Assembly: GCA_963662335.2 (NCBI GenBank)
Contig: CAXXVD010000005.1
Location: 32,001-96,000 of the forward strand
Reading direction: 5' to 3'
Length of the DNA: 64,000 nt
Source: Chloroflexota bacterium
GTDB lineage: Bacteria; Chloroflexota; UBA11872; VXOZ01
Part shown: piece after piece, positions 49,150 through 58,859 of the stretch
Layout: every line of letters starts with the position of its first letter
Numbering within the stretch: position 1 is the first letter of the stretch
Made by a program: the position numbers and the translations under genes
The notes under the pieces: model-generated
Told to the model about the DNA's origin: nothing
The model's database searches: none
What the model saw: only the letters and a program-made list of their open reading frames with translations

Positions 49150-49372
49150 CGCGGGGCTTGCCCCTTGTCCGCTGGCTCACGCACCGTAGCGCGGGGGCTT
49201 GTCCCCAATGCTGTCGCACCAATCCGGTGCTCTGCCGTTCGCCCTGAGCCAGGTCGAAGGGTGAACGGCACGAGCAGGACTTGCCCCTTGCCCGCCGGCT
49301 CACGCACCGTAGCGCAGGGCTTGCCCCTAGCCCGCTGGCTCACGCACCGTAGCGCGGGGGCTTGTCCCCCGC
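49142..49372 (+). repeat. Tandem 40-bp GTAG-REP array interrupted by a CCGTTCG..CTGAGC..TCGAAG..GAACGG palindrome
   Basis: GTAG at 49146, 49186, 49309 and 49349 (40-bp steps within each pair); second-family element at 49234-49269. Confidence 0.9.
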
Positions 49373-49529
49373 CTCCTGGCGCGAGAAACGCAGACTCGCT
49401 CGGGCAAGGCGTTTAGCGCCTCCACGCGGCATCTGTGCGCCTGCGCCAACTCCCGCAAGGGTATTTTGCGGCCAGGTGCGGTACACTGGAAGGAGGAGGC
49501 GTACAAGAGCAAAGGGCACGGTGACGGCA

Positions 49530-50663
49530 ATGTCCACCTACTCCGTCGGTTCAGAGAACGACAGCGCCGCCGGTGAAGCGCCGCGGCGGCCGGGGCTAGG
49601 GCAAATCATCTTGCTCAGCGTGGGGGTGGCGATGCTGACGGGCGTAGTCGCCGGCAGTCTTGCGGCCTGGTTGATCCTGCGCGATGCGCAGAGGGAGCCG
49701 GTTCCGGTCGCGCAGGCGCCCGTTGTCACCTACGTGCAAGAGGCCGAGGCCAGCGCGGCGGCGGTCTACCAGGCGGCTGCCCCCAGCGTAGTCACCGTCT
49801 TTGTGAGAGACAGCGATCTGCCCCGCGGCCTGGGTGTTGGCACCGGCGTGATCGTCGATGGACGCGGCCACATCCTGACGAACAATCACGTCATCAGCGA
49901 AGCCGACCGGGTAGGCGTGCGCTTGCTCGACGGGAGCACGCTCTTCGCGGAAGTCGTTGGCCGCGATCCGCAGACTGACCTGGCCGTAATCCGGGCTGAC
50001 TTTCCGCCGGGCACGTTGCAGGTCGCGCGCTTTGGCGATTCCGGGGCAGTGCAACCGGGCGACCCGGTCTTCGCCATTGGCGCGCCGTTCAACTACCAAC
50101 ATAGCATCACCGCCGGCATCGTGAGCGCGGTGGGCAGGACCCACCGCAGCGAAGAACGGCGCATCAGCGGTCTCATCCAGAGCGATACCGAGATCAACCC
50201 CGGCAACTCGGGCGGGCCGCTGCTTAACGCCAACGGCGAGGTGATCGGCATCACCACGGCCATCCTCACGAACAACCAACGCTTCATGGGCATCGGCCTG
50301 AGCATTCCTTCGAATCTCGTGCAGCAACTGCTGCCGCAACTCATCGCGGGTCAGGGCATTCGCCGCGCCTTCTTGGGAGTCGTAATGGCTACGCTTGACC
50401 CGCAGGAGGCCCGCGATAAGAATCTCGCCATCCGGCGCGGCGCTCAGGTGACAAGAGTTGCGCCGGGCACCGCCGCGGCCGCGGCCGGCCTGCGCAGCGC
50501 GGACATCATCATGGCAATTGACGGCGTGGCCACGAACACCACCGACGACGTTATCGCCTACCTCCAAACGAAGAGCGTGGGTGAGTCGATCGCGATTACG
50601 GTATACCGTGGCGACGAGACACTCGAAGTCGTAGCGACCCTGGGCGAAAGACCGGAAGATTGA
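49530..50663 (+). CDS. HtrA/DegP-like trypsin serine protease with one PDZ domain and an N-terminal TM anchor (PepD-like)
   Basis: Catalytic triad TNNHV, TDLAV, GNSGG; AFLGV PDZ loop. Confidence 0.95.
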   Translation: MSTYSVGSENDSAAGEAPRRPGLGQIILLSVGVAMLTGVVAGSLAAWLILRDAQREPVPVAQAPVVTYVQEAEASAAAVYQAAAPSVVTVFVRDSDLPRGLGVGTGVIVDGRGHILTNNHVISEADRVGVRLLDGSTLFAEVVGRDPQTDLAVIRADFPPGTLQVARFGDSGAVQPGDPVFAIGAPFNYQHSITAGIVSAVGRTHRSEERRISGLIQSDTEINPGNSGGPLLNANGEVIGITTAILTNNQRFMGIGLSIPSNLVQQLLPQLIAGQGIRRAFLGVVMATLDPQEARDKNLAIRRGAQVTRVAPGTAAAAAGLRSADIIMAIDGVATNTTDDVIAYLQTKSVGESIAITVYRGDETLEVVATLGERPED

Positions 50664-50749
50664 ACGGCGCGCACACGGTGGCAGGCCCTGGCCGCTCCCG
50701 CCCGCCGCGCGCACGGCAACGGTAGCATGCTGGGTAGGAGCAATAAGCC

Positions 50750-51619
50750 ATGATGAACCAACTCCCCATGGGCGGGCACGCGCAAAGTAACCCGCAGATG
50801 CCGCAGGTGGGCGGCGACCTGCCGGACGAGCTTGACGCCAACGCCTTTCTCACCGTTGTCTCCGTGCGCGCCGTTATCACGGCCGGCTTTGCGGCCGGCG
50901 CATTGGTGCCCTGCATTCCCTTCGCGCTCTTTGGCGCGGTTGGCATCGCCGCTACGCTTCTCTTCAACCGTGGGACGATTGACTTTGCCGCGCTCTCCAC
51001 GGGCGCATCTACCGGCTTCCTGACGCCGGCGTTCGTCTTCCTGCTCGTAGTCGTCGGCAGCGGCAGCCTGGGGGCGGTCATGGGAGCGGTGCGCCGCTGG
51101 AGCGTGCGCCGGGGGATTCTGTGGAAGCTGCTGGTCGGCCACTACTTTTCATCGCATCCGGGCCCGCACTCGGTTATTGCCCTGGTCGCGGCGCCTGCGC
51201 TGATAGTGGCCGCGCTCCATGCGGTGAGCGTCGTGGGCGGCTTTACGGTGAGCATAGCGCCGGTCTTCTTCCTCATGTTTCCGCCGGCCTGGATGTTGGC
51301 CGGGCTCATGTACGAGTCGGCGTGGGAGGCGCTCCTCTTTCCCATGCTGCGCTCGCGGGCAACGGAGCCTATGAGGTGGCTGCTGCGCGAGGCCGCGCTC
51401 TTTCGCCTGTTGAAGGACGATTCGTACCTCTTCGAATGCCGTTTGCAGACGGTCAGCATCGACGCGGAATCCGGCGTGGCGCGCGTACGCGGCCACTTCC
51501 CCACGCCCGACCACGCGCGCCGGGTGCGTGAAATCGGCCTGCGGGTGGTGGGCGTGCGCGAGGTTGACGTAGCCGCGGCGCCGCTTGCTCCAACCGAGCG
51601 CCTGCCGAGCGGAACGTAG
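50750..51619 (+). CDS. Hypothetical multi-pass membrane protein with a possible C-terminal BON-like domain
   Basis: RBS AGGAG; about four hydrophobic segments; C-terminus GVARVRG...RRVREIGLRVVGVREV resembles a BON domain. Confidence 0.6.
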   Translation: MMNQLPMGGHAQSNPQMPQVGGDLPDELDANAFLTVVSVRAVITAGFAAGALVPCIPFALFGAVGIAATLLFNRGTIDFAALSTGASTGFLTPAFVFLLVVVGSGSLGAVMGAVRRWSVRRGILWKLLVGHYFSSHPGPHSVIALVAAPALIVAALHAVSVVGGFTVSIAPVFFLMFPPAWMLAGLMYESAWEALLFPMLRSRATEPMRWLLREAALFRLLKDDSYLFECRLQTVSIDAESGVARVRGHFPTPDHARRVREIGLRVVGVREVDVAAAPLAPTERLPSGT

Positions 51620-51690
51620 TGTCTGCGGCAGCCCCAAGACGAACGAACGGCTCAACCGGGCCGCACACAGCAAGTGAGCAAGTTGGCTTC

Positions 51691-53022
51691 ATGACGAGGC
51701 GCGCGTGGCTCAGTTCCGTTCTGGTCGGGGCTCAGGTCTTGCTGCTAAGCTGCGGCGGCGATGATGAGGCCGAGCCTTCTGCGCCGGCTGAGCCTGGTTC
51801 CCGCCTGGGAACCGGCGCAGACGCGGCCAAGGAGCCCCAGCCGCTCACGCTGGCGGTTCTCGATCATCCCCTCACCGTCACGCCCGGCCAGCAGGCCATC
51901 GATGAGTGGGAGCAAGGCAATGTCCCCGGCGCACCTGCGGAAACGCCCTTGCGGCTTCTCAAAGCGCCAATGGAGGGCGGCGCGCGGGATTACCTGGCGT
52001 CTCAAGCCGCGAGCGGAATTGCCGCGGACGTGATCTGGCTGCCGCATTGGGTGGATGTCCCCGATCTCTTCAAGAGCGGGCTGCTGGCGCCGCTTGACCG
52101 CTGGTTGCAGTTCGATGAATCTAATCCCCTGGAGGCCTTCGCCGCTGAGGCCCGCCGCCTGGTGCGGTTTCGCGGGCAGTCCCTCGCGCTGCCGCTGGCA
52201 ATCGCGCCGGTTGTCCTCGCCCACAACGCGGTCCGCTTCGAGCGCGCCAACGTGGCGCCGCCCAGCCACGAGTGGACGTGGGCGGACTTCATCGAGGCCG
52301 GCAAACGCCTGACGGAGGATACCAACGGCGACGGCGCACCGGACCGCTGGGGCTTCATGGCGCCGGGGCAGTTTCCGGAGTGGCTGGCTCTCTTGCAGCA
52401 AGAAGGCGGCATGGCGGCGGACCTCGATACCAGCACGATCGGCATGGGTGAGCCGGCCGGCCTGCGCGCCCTCACCGCGTGGGATGAACTAGGAAGCGTG
52501 CACGGCATCCTGCCCTATGGGCCCGGCGTTACGGTGCAGAGGCTTCAAGGCTACAGCTACCATACGCAAAGAGGAATGCACTTCTCGCTGTTCTTCCACC
52601 AATTGCCTCAGAACTGGCGCGCCGTAACGCCGCTGCCCGCCGGAGCCCGGCGCGCGACACCCCTGGCGCTGACGGAAGCGCTGGCTATGCCGGAGGCCGC
52701 GGCCGGGGAGCGCGCCTACGCCGCGCTCGTGCCCTTGGCGCGCTGGATTGGCGAGCGCCGCGTCCTGCCCGCCACAACCGCCGGCTGGCAATTCATCAAG
52801 CGCCCGGACCGGGCACACTTCAACCTGGTCTTCTCTGAGAGTGTGCAGGACACGCTGGTACAGGCGCTGGCCGACGCCAAGGCCTCCCACGTGGCCAGCA
52901 GCCCCGGTCTCTCCCAGGCGCTCTTCAATATCGTCACGTTTCGCCTGGCGCGGGCCGAGGTGAGCATCGAGCAAGCAATCGAGCAGGCGACGAACTGGCT
53001 TGAAAGCTACGTCAACGACTAA
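51691..53022 (+). CDS. Extracellular solute-binding lipoprotein (family 1)
   Basis: MTRRAWL, LLLSC lipobox, WTWADFIEAGKRLTEDTNGDGAPDRWGF. Confidence 0.85.
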   Translation: MTRRAWLSSVLVGAQVLLLSCGGDDEAEPSAPAEPGSRLGTGADAAKEPQPLTLAVLDHPLTVTPGQQAIDEWEQGNVPGAPAETPLRLLKAPMEGGARDYLASQAASGIAADVIWLPHWVDVPDLFKSGLLAPLDRWLQFDESNPLEAFAAEARRLVRFRGQSLALPLAIAPVVLAHNAVRFERANVAPPSHEWTWADFIEAGKRLTEDTNGDGAPDRWGFMAPGQFPEWLALLQQEGGMAADLDTSTIGMGEPAGLRALTAWDELGSVHGILPYGPGVTVQRLQGYSYHTQRGMHFSLFFHQLPQNWRAVTPLPAGARRATPLALTEALAMPEAAAGERAYAALVPLARWIGERRVLPATTAGWQFIKRPDRAHFNLVFSESVQDTLVQALADAKASHVASSPGLSQALFNIVTFRLARAEVSIEQAIEQATNWLESYVND

Positions 53023-53061
53023 ACCTAGGCACATGCCGCCAGGCATCACTTGACATAAGAC

Positions 53062-53085
53062 AGCCTGCCGCGTGTGCGGCAGGCT
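53062..53085 (+). terminator. Probable intrinsic terminator hairpin
   Basis: AGCCTGCCGC-GTGT-GCGGCAGGCT followed by CTATT. Confidence 0.6.
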
Positions 53086-53163
53086 CTATTGCGATTTCGC
53101 GGGTAATCACCATGGCCGTCTGCCGGCCACACAAGGGAATGAAAACGTGGGACGGCCCCCGAC

Positions 53164-53319
53164 CGTCATTCCCGCGCACGCGGGAATCCATCTTTGTCGC
53201 GCACGCGCCTCACCCCGTTCGTGCTGAGCTTGTCGAAGCATGAACGGAGTGAGGTGCGTACGGAGTGGCCAAACGCGCAATCCGCCGTTCACCCTTCGAC
53301 GCTGCTCAGGGCGAACGGC
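53164..53319. repeat. Cluster of palindromic repeats: one CGTCATTCCC-N8-GGGAATCCA unit and an inverted CCGTTC-family pair
   Basis: Units at 53164-53190, 53215-53247 and 53284-53319. Confidence 0.88.
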
Positions 53320-53367
53320 TCAGTTGCGGCTGCTTTCAGAGCAATAGGACCGGATAGTGCGCCGCGC

Positions 53368-53655
53368 CTAGTCCGCGCGGCCGGGCACGAAACCCTCAGT
53401 GCCGAGGAGCTTTTGAGCCTCTTCCAACGTCTCATCCGGCGGCGGGAGAATGACGTCCGACGGCACGATCTCGTCATCCGGCAGTGGGGCGCCTCTTTGA
53501 TTCACCAGGTCGTGCATCTGTTGGAGCAACTGTTGAAACGCCTCGTTGTCGGAGCCGGCTACCGCCTGCTCAATCGCGTCATCGAATTCCTGTAGTTCCG
53601 AAATGATGTCATCGTCAAGGCGGAACTGACCCAACGTTGCGATGCGGACGATCAT
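53368..53655 (-). CDS. pspAA: PspA-associated protein PspAA
   Basis: MIVRIATLGQFRLDD...L..LD...G..LPDDEIVPSDVILPPPD.TLEE...EG.VPG; ATGA overlap with pspA. Confidence 0.85.
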   Translation of the reverse strand: MIVRIATLGQFRLDDDIISELQEFDDAIEQAVAGSDNEAFQQLLQQMHDLVNQRGAPLPDDEIVPSDVILPPPDETLEEAQKLLGTEGFVPGRAD

Positions 53656-54383
53656 GCGCGGTCCTCCAGTTGCTTCGTATCCTTGCCTGCGATTTGCCGT
53701 TTCAGCATTGCCAACTCATCGTCCACGCCGCTTTCTGCGCTGAGCTTGTTCAGTTCCCGGTCCACGAAGTCGGAACGCGAACCGGTGGAGTCCTCGAGCA
53801 CGCCGGTATCCACCAGTTCATCGATCGCCAGCGCCCGCGCCTGGAGCGACTCCGTGCGCTCCTCGGCCCGCTCGACCAGCAGCGAAACGTCTGCCATTTC
53901 TTCCGAGAGACCCGAAACGGTCTCGCTAATCCGCGTCTGCGCTTCCGCGGCGCTGTACTGGGCCTTGATAACCTCTTTGCGCGTGCGGAAGTTCTCTACC
54001 TTGGCCACCAGCTTCTGCTCGGTCAACGCCAGGCGCTCCTGATCCTGCTCCAAGGCGAATACCTGCTGCCGCAGTCCCTCGGCCTGCGTCACGATAAGTT
54101 GCTTGCGCTGCAACGCGATGCGCGCCAGGTCTTCGCGTCCGGCCTCGATGGCGCGCTGGGCCTGGTCGGTCAGTTTCGCTTCATTGCTCTCCAGCTTGGC
54201 CGCCTGCATTTCCAGGCGCCGCTTGGACGTAACCACCTCGACGATGCCGCGCTTCACTTTGTGCAACTGCTCAAGCTGCCGTTCGTAGGCGTAGTCAAGG
54301 GTTTCGGCCGGGTCTTCGCTCCGGTCCAGCAACGCATTTATCTTGGCGCTGAGCACAACGCCCATCCGCGAAAAGACACCCAT
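53652..54383 (-). CDS. pspA: PspA/IM30 (bacterial ESCRT-III) family protein
   Basis: MGVFSRM..AKINALLDRSEDP.ETLDY, AGREDLARIAL.RK, ARA.AIDEL, VDDELAMLK. Confidence 0.93.
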   Translation of the reverse strand: MGVFSRMGVVLSAKINALLDRSEDPAETLDYAYERQLEQLHKVKRGIVEVVTSKRRLEMQAAKLESNEAKLTDQAQRAIEAGREDLARIALQRKQLIVTQAEGLRQQVFALEQDQERLALTEQKLVAKVENFRTRKEVIKAQYSAAEAQTRISETVSGLSEEMADVSLLVERAEERTESLQARALAIDELVDTGVLEDSTGSRSDFVDRELNKLSAESGVDDELAMLKRQIAGKDTKQLEDRA

Positions 54384-54729
54384 TCACTTTCCTCCGGTGC
54401 GGTGACCGCCGGGGTCTCCTTCAACCGTACGTGACGTTTCCTCAAGTATCGCATAGGAATACCACTTGGTCAAACGGCCTTGGGTGGCAAAACTGCACTA
54501 GACCATATTATCTATGAGGTTGAGCGCAGCCCTTGAGGTAATGGAATTGCCTTTTACATAATGTGGGTGTACACTCAACAGAGACGGACGCGGGCGAACC
54601 ATCGTGGCTCTCTTTGGGCGCAGATACTCTTGCTACACCTGACGAAGACGTGGAGATTGACGAGTAGAGAACTGCCGTTGGGCTGTCAGCGCGAAAACGT
54701 GGGGTTAGTGAGCAATAGGAGAAAATACC

Positions 54730-56112
54730 GTGACGCGACGCGAATGGCTCAGTCTTGCGGTTTTCAGTAGCGCGGTAGTGCTGGCAAGCTGCGGTGGTGA
54801 TGAAGATGACGAGCAGTCGTCACGGATGGAACCAAGTCCCCGAGCGGGAAACGGTGTCGAGATCACCAAAGAACCCCGGCAGCTTAAGTTGGCGTACTTG
54901 GAACATCCAACCGCAGCTAATCCTCCCAAGCCAAGCATTCTTGCCCGGGAAGTGGTTAAGGGGTGGAACAGCGGTGACATCCCAGGTATGACTGAAGGAA
55001 CAACGCTCGCACTCGTCGATATACCTCACAAGACCGACGAGAACCATCAGTTTCTTGGAGCGCCATCGGTGATTGTGTATCTCAACACGAGTGCGGCCGG
55101 CGGGATTCCCGCAGCGGAGATGGTCTGGATTCCGCCCTATGCGCAAATCATCGAGCTTCTAAGAACTGACCTGTTTGCGCCGCTTGATCGCTGGTTGCAA
55201 ACTGACGCACGTAACCCGCTGGATGCATTCTCGGAAGAAGCCCGCCGCCTCGTACGGCTCAAAGGCCAAACACGCGCCTTGCCCTTGGCGATTGCTCCTG
55301 GTGTCGTAGGCTATGACGCAGGCCGCTTTGAACGCGCCAACGTGGCTGCTCCTGCTTCCAATTGGACCTGGCAAGAATTCATCGAGGCAGCCAAGAGTCT
55401 TACTGTGGATACCAACGACGACGGAAATCCTGAGCAATGGGGGTTTACTGCGACCTGGGACTTCCCCGATTGGCTGCCCTTCCTGCTTCAAGAGGGTGGC
55501 GAGATCGTAGACCTGGACACAGGCAGAATTGGCATGGATGGACCGGCCAGCGTCCGCGCGCTCACCGCGTGGGATGAGTTGGGCAGAGTGCATAGCATCC
55601 ACCCCTATGGGCCCGATATCACGGACATTGAGCTGCTGGGCTTCGAGGATACCCTGAAGAGCGGCATGCGCTTTTCTCAATTCTTGAAGAGTCCGTGGCA
55701 CAACTGGCCCGACTATGCGCTCGTTCCACAGGGAAACCAAAAGACTTTGCCGCTGTCCCTCGAGGAAGTGCTGGCCGTGCCTGCGGACGTAACGGATGAG
55801 AGCGCATATGATGCGCTAGTTCCGCTCGCTCATTGGATTGGAGAGCGGCGGGTCTTGCCCGCTGTTACCGCCGGTTGGCAATACATCGAGCAACCCGATA
55901 CGGACCACTTTGACTTGATACTCCCCAAGTCGATGCAAGAACCGGCGCTAGAAGGCCTGGCCAGAGGGAAAGCCTCTTACGCAGCAAGTAGCCCCGCAAT
56001 TCCGTATCACCTCTTCCAGCAAGTCACGCTACCTTTGGCGCGAGGCGAGGTTGTCGTCGAGCAAGCGATCGATCAGGCGGTCATTTGGCTCCAGAGCTAT
56101 CTCACTGAATGA
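54730..56112 (+). CDS. Extracellular solute-binding lipoprotein; paralog of the 51691-53022 gene
   Basis: VTRREWL, LASC lipobox; shared blocks APLDRWLQ, EARRLVR, LPLAIAP, ALTAWDELG, WIGERRVLPA.TAGWQ. Confidence 0.85.
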   Translation: MTRREWLSLAVFSSAVVLASCGGDEDDEQSSRMEPSPRAGNGVEITKEPRQLKLAYLEHPTAANPPKPSILAREVVKGWNSGDIPGMTEGTTLALVDIPHKTDENHQFLGAPSVIVYLNTSAAGGIPAAEMVWIPPYAQIIELLRTDLFAPLDRWLQTDARNPLDAFSEEARRLVRLKGQTRALPLAIAPGVVGYDAGRFERANVAAPASNWTWQEFIEAAKSLTVDTNDDGNPEQWGFTATWDFPDWLPFLLQEGGEIVDLDTGRIGMDGPASVRALTAWDELGRVHSIHPYGPDITDIELLGFEDTLKSGMRFSQFLKSPWHNWPDYALVPQGNQKTLPLSLEEVLAVPADVTDESAYDALVPLAHWIGERRVLPAVTAGWQYIEQPDTDHFDLILPKSMQEPALEGLARGKASYAASSPAIPYHLFQQVTLPLARGEVVVEQAIDQAVIWLQSYLTE

Positions 56113-56120
56113 AGATCAGA

Positions 56121-56156
56121 AATAAGTTCCGAGAATGTATCTTCTCGGAACTTATT
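56121..56156 (+). terminator. 15-bp perfect hairpin after the solute-binding protein gene
   Basis: AATAAGTTCCGAGAA-TGTATC-TTCTCGGAACTTATT. Confidence 0.6.
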
Positions 56157-56200
56157 AGCGGTCGGACCTCATTTCCACCTGGGCTTTGCACTTCCGCACC

Positions 56201-56380
56201 CCGTTCGCCCTGAGCGCCGTCGAAGGGTCAACGGCGGGAATGCAGAGCAGCGGTTGTGGCGCTCGTCCTCCCCGTTCGTACTTCGACAGGCTCAGCACGA
56301 ACGGGGTGGACTGACTTCGTCAAAGACGCAGAACCCATCGGGGTCTATGCGGCAGCACTGGGGACAGGCTCCCGCGCTAC
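56201..56380. repeat. Inverted CCGTTC-family pair plus a reverse GTAG-REP
   Basis: Units at 56201-56234 and 56272-56304; reverse GTAG-REP with tail at 56348-56380. Confidence 0.85.
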
Positions 56381-56437
56381 GTTACGCGCCAAGGTTTAGG
56401 CGCTGGATCCCACAGTCAGCGCACGGCCTCTTTCCGC

Positions 56438-57523
56438 TCACAGCGTGTAGGCGTTGTAGCCGTTGACACACGGGTTGCCGTAGCTCACGTGCAGCCGCCC
56501 TTGCAGCGGCTCCATCACGTAGGAGGCCACGGTCTCGATGCTCTCCGCCGTGCCGTCGTTATGTCTACAAATGCTGTGCGGGTGTCCCGCGTGGTCCGAC
56601 ATCATCTCCTTCACGTCGGCGGCGGACACCCGCTTGTTGCGCGCGGCCAGCGCGTCCGCCCGCTCGCAGCGGGGCGCGGAATCCGGCAATTGCTCCCGAA
56701 AGGTATCGAACTCCAGCAGTTCAGGCGAGCGAATGTGGTTCGTATGCGCCAGCGTGCCGTCGGCGGTCTCGATCACGCCTACGCCGTGGGGCGCGGCGAT
56801 CTCGGCGTCCACCAGGCGGTTCTCGCCGTCCACCATCAGGTAGTTGCCGGCAGAAGAGAACGTCGTTTTGCTCATTATGTCAAGAACTTCCGCCAGGTTG
56901 CGGCACTCCAGGATGCGCCGTTTGAGGGGATAGTGGGAGACGCCGACCCGCCACCCCTCGGTGTAGAGTTGGTTCTGCACGAACGCAACGCCGTGCTCAT
57001 TGAAGCCGGGGTAGCCAATGACGCCCGCCCACGTGAACATGATGAACGCCGGCTTGCCGCGCGGCGCCACCCGCAGCACCACGCCCACGTCCTTCATCCA
57101 GTCGGCCACGTCCTGGTTCTGGGCGATGATCGTGCTGCCGCTGTCCGTGCGGCCGGTGAGAAAGCCGAGCGAACTGCACCCGTCGGCGGGTGTTTCCAAC
57201 GCGCCGCTCAACCCAGCGTCGCCTAGAGTTAGCTCGGTGCGCACGTTGAGCAGCACCACCTCCGCAAAGGAGACGTTCGCGCCGGCCGCGATCCCTTCCA
57301 TCTCTTCGATTGCATCGGGTATGAATCCCCGGATCGACGGCACGAACGACTCCGCCCGCGCACGCAGCGTTGCCCGATCCTGGTTCTTATGTTCCCCAAT
57401 CGACTGGTACGAGTGTTCCAGGAAACGCCGGATTTGCTCGCGGCAGGCCTCACCATGTTGGCGGCCAAGCTCACGAGGCGTGCCCGCGACCGCGAAGAAC
57501 GGATAGCGCTCTGTTTGTCCCAT
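56438..57523 (-). CDS. C45 family Ntn-hydrolase (acyl-CoA:6-aminopenicillanate acyltransferase-like)
   Basis: G.PRELGRQHG, EMEGIAAG, LNVRTE, DG|CSS nucleophile site, AQNQD, G.NEHG, HTNH, ICRH. Confidence 0.9.
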   Translation of the reverse strand: MGQTERYPFFAVAGTPRELGRQHGEACREQIRRFLEHSYQSIGEHKNQDRATLRARAESFVPSIRGFIPDAIEEMEGIAAGANVSFAEVVLLNVRTELTLGDAGLSGALETPADGCSSLGFLTGRTDSGSTIIAQNQDVADWMKDVGVVLRVAPRGKPAFIMFTWAGVIGYPGFNEHGVAFVQNQLYTEGWRVGVSHYPLKRRILECRNLAEVLDIMSKTTFSSAGNYLMVDGENRLVDAEIAAPHGVGVIETADGTLAHTNHIRSPELLEFDTFREQLPDSAPRCERADALAARNKRVSAADVKEMMSDHAGHPHSICRHNDGTAESIETVASYVMEPLQGRLHVSYGNPCVNGYNAYTL

Positions 57524-57724
57524 GTGTAGTTTCCTCTATGTTATGTAGATTTCAATCCGCCTCGCGTTAGCGTTTTCCGCAGGCGCTCGTCATCCACATC
57601 GTACGCCGCACGCCGCGCGGCGGCAAGCGTTCGTATTGTCTCTCTGAGACTGTCATACTGTAACGTAGCGTCTTGACCGAGATTGCGTTTGTCATTCGTG
57701 CCGCACGTGCTCCGACACTAGGAA

Positions 57725-57748
57725 GCGGGGGACAAGCCCCCGCGCTAC
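57725..57748 (-). repeat. GTAG-type REP (reverse orientation)
   Basis: GCGGGGGACAAGCCCCCGCGCTAC. Confidence 0.9.
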
Positions 57749-57845
57749 GTCAATGCGATGGAAATAGGGACGAACGCCGACGCTACAGCCTGGCAGCGAG
57801 AACATAAGCGTACGCTGACACGTTTACATTAAAGGTGACTGAACC

Positions 57846-58859
57846 ATGGATTCCCTCGATATCTTCTTCACGGCCAAAGACACGGTCGCCGTGGAACGCC
57901 AATCCGTCCCGGACCTGAAGTCCGGGGAGATACTGGTGCGGTTGCGGCGCTCCCTCATCAGCACCGGGACCGAGTGCATCTGCCTGCAACGCAATTTCGC
58001 GCCGGGCACGCACTGGGACCAGTGGGTGCAATACCCCTATCGGCCGGGGTATAGCGCGGTGGGAGATGTGGTCGAGGCCGCGCAAGACGTAACCGGGATT
58101 GCCGCTGGCGATCGGGTCGCTATGCCGGTTAAGCACGGACAGTACGCCGTTCTCGACGCCGGACGCGCCGTCAAGATACCGGCGGCGGTCTCGGATGACG
58201 CCGCCGCCTGGTTCTACCTGGCGTGCATCGCGCAGAATGCCGTGCGCCGCGCGGAGCACGCGCTGGGCGACGACGTGGTGGTGATCGGCGCCGGCATCCT
58301 GGGCCAGCTTGTCACGCAGTACGCCCGTCTGCTGGGCGCGCGGCGGGTCATCGTCATCGACCCGGCGCCGGCGCGGCTCGCGCTGGCGGAGTCTCACGGC
58401 GCGACTCACACATTGTCCGTCTCGTCGAACACTGCCGAGGCTGCCGTGGCGAAGATCACTCACGGTAGGCTGGCGGACGTGGTCTACGACATCACCGGCA
58501 ATGCGGCGGTATTGCCCACGGCCCTGCCGCTGGCGCGGCGTTTCGGCAAAGTCATCCTGCTGGGCGACACCGGCGCTCCCTCGGAGCAACGCCTAACGGG
58601 CGACATCATCCGGCGCGGCGTGACCCTCATCGGCGCCCACAGCACCAATCCGCCGCCAATTGCCAGCGACTACGCCCACTGGACCCACGAGCACATGACC
58701 GAACTCTTCTTCACCTATCTGGAACGCGGCGCGATGCGCGTGGAAGACCTCATCACGCACCGTTACGACCCGCGTCAGGCCGCCGCGGCGTACGCCATGC
58801 TGACGCAAGATCGCTCTCAGGCCATGGGCGTGCTCTTCGATTGGACGCGCCTGCCTTAA
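57846..58859 (+). CDS. Medium-chain dehydrogenase/reductase (zinc-binding alcohol dehydrogenase family)
   Basis: SLISTGTE, YP.RPGYS.VG, VIGAGILG Rossmann motif, LITHRY. Confidence 0.9.
   Translation: MDSLDIFFTAKDTVAVERQSVPDLKSGEILVRLRRSLISTGTECICLQRNFAPGTHWDQWVQYPYRPGYSAVGDVVEAAQDVTGIAAGDRVAMPVKHGQYAVLDAGRAVKIPAAVSDDAAAWFYLACIAQNAVRRAEHALGDDVVVIGAGILGQLVTQYARLLGARRVIVIDPAPARLALAESHGATHTLSVSSNTAEAAVAKITHGRLADVVYDITGNAAVLPTALPLARRFGKVILLGDTGAPSEQRLTGDIIRRGVTLIGAHSTNPPPIASDYAHWTHEHMTELFFTYLERGAMRVEDLITHRYDPRQAAAAYAMLTQDRSQAMGVLFDWTRLP

Noticed and set aside
49142-49372. Possible CRISPR array (also considered for 2699-2976 and 40918-40997)
   Set aside because: Intervening sequences are themselves repeated or the units alternate in orientation; the same units are scattered across the window; no cas genes are present.
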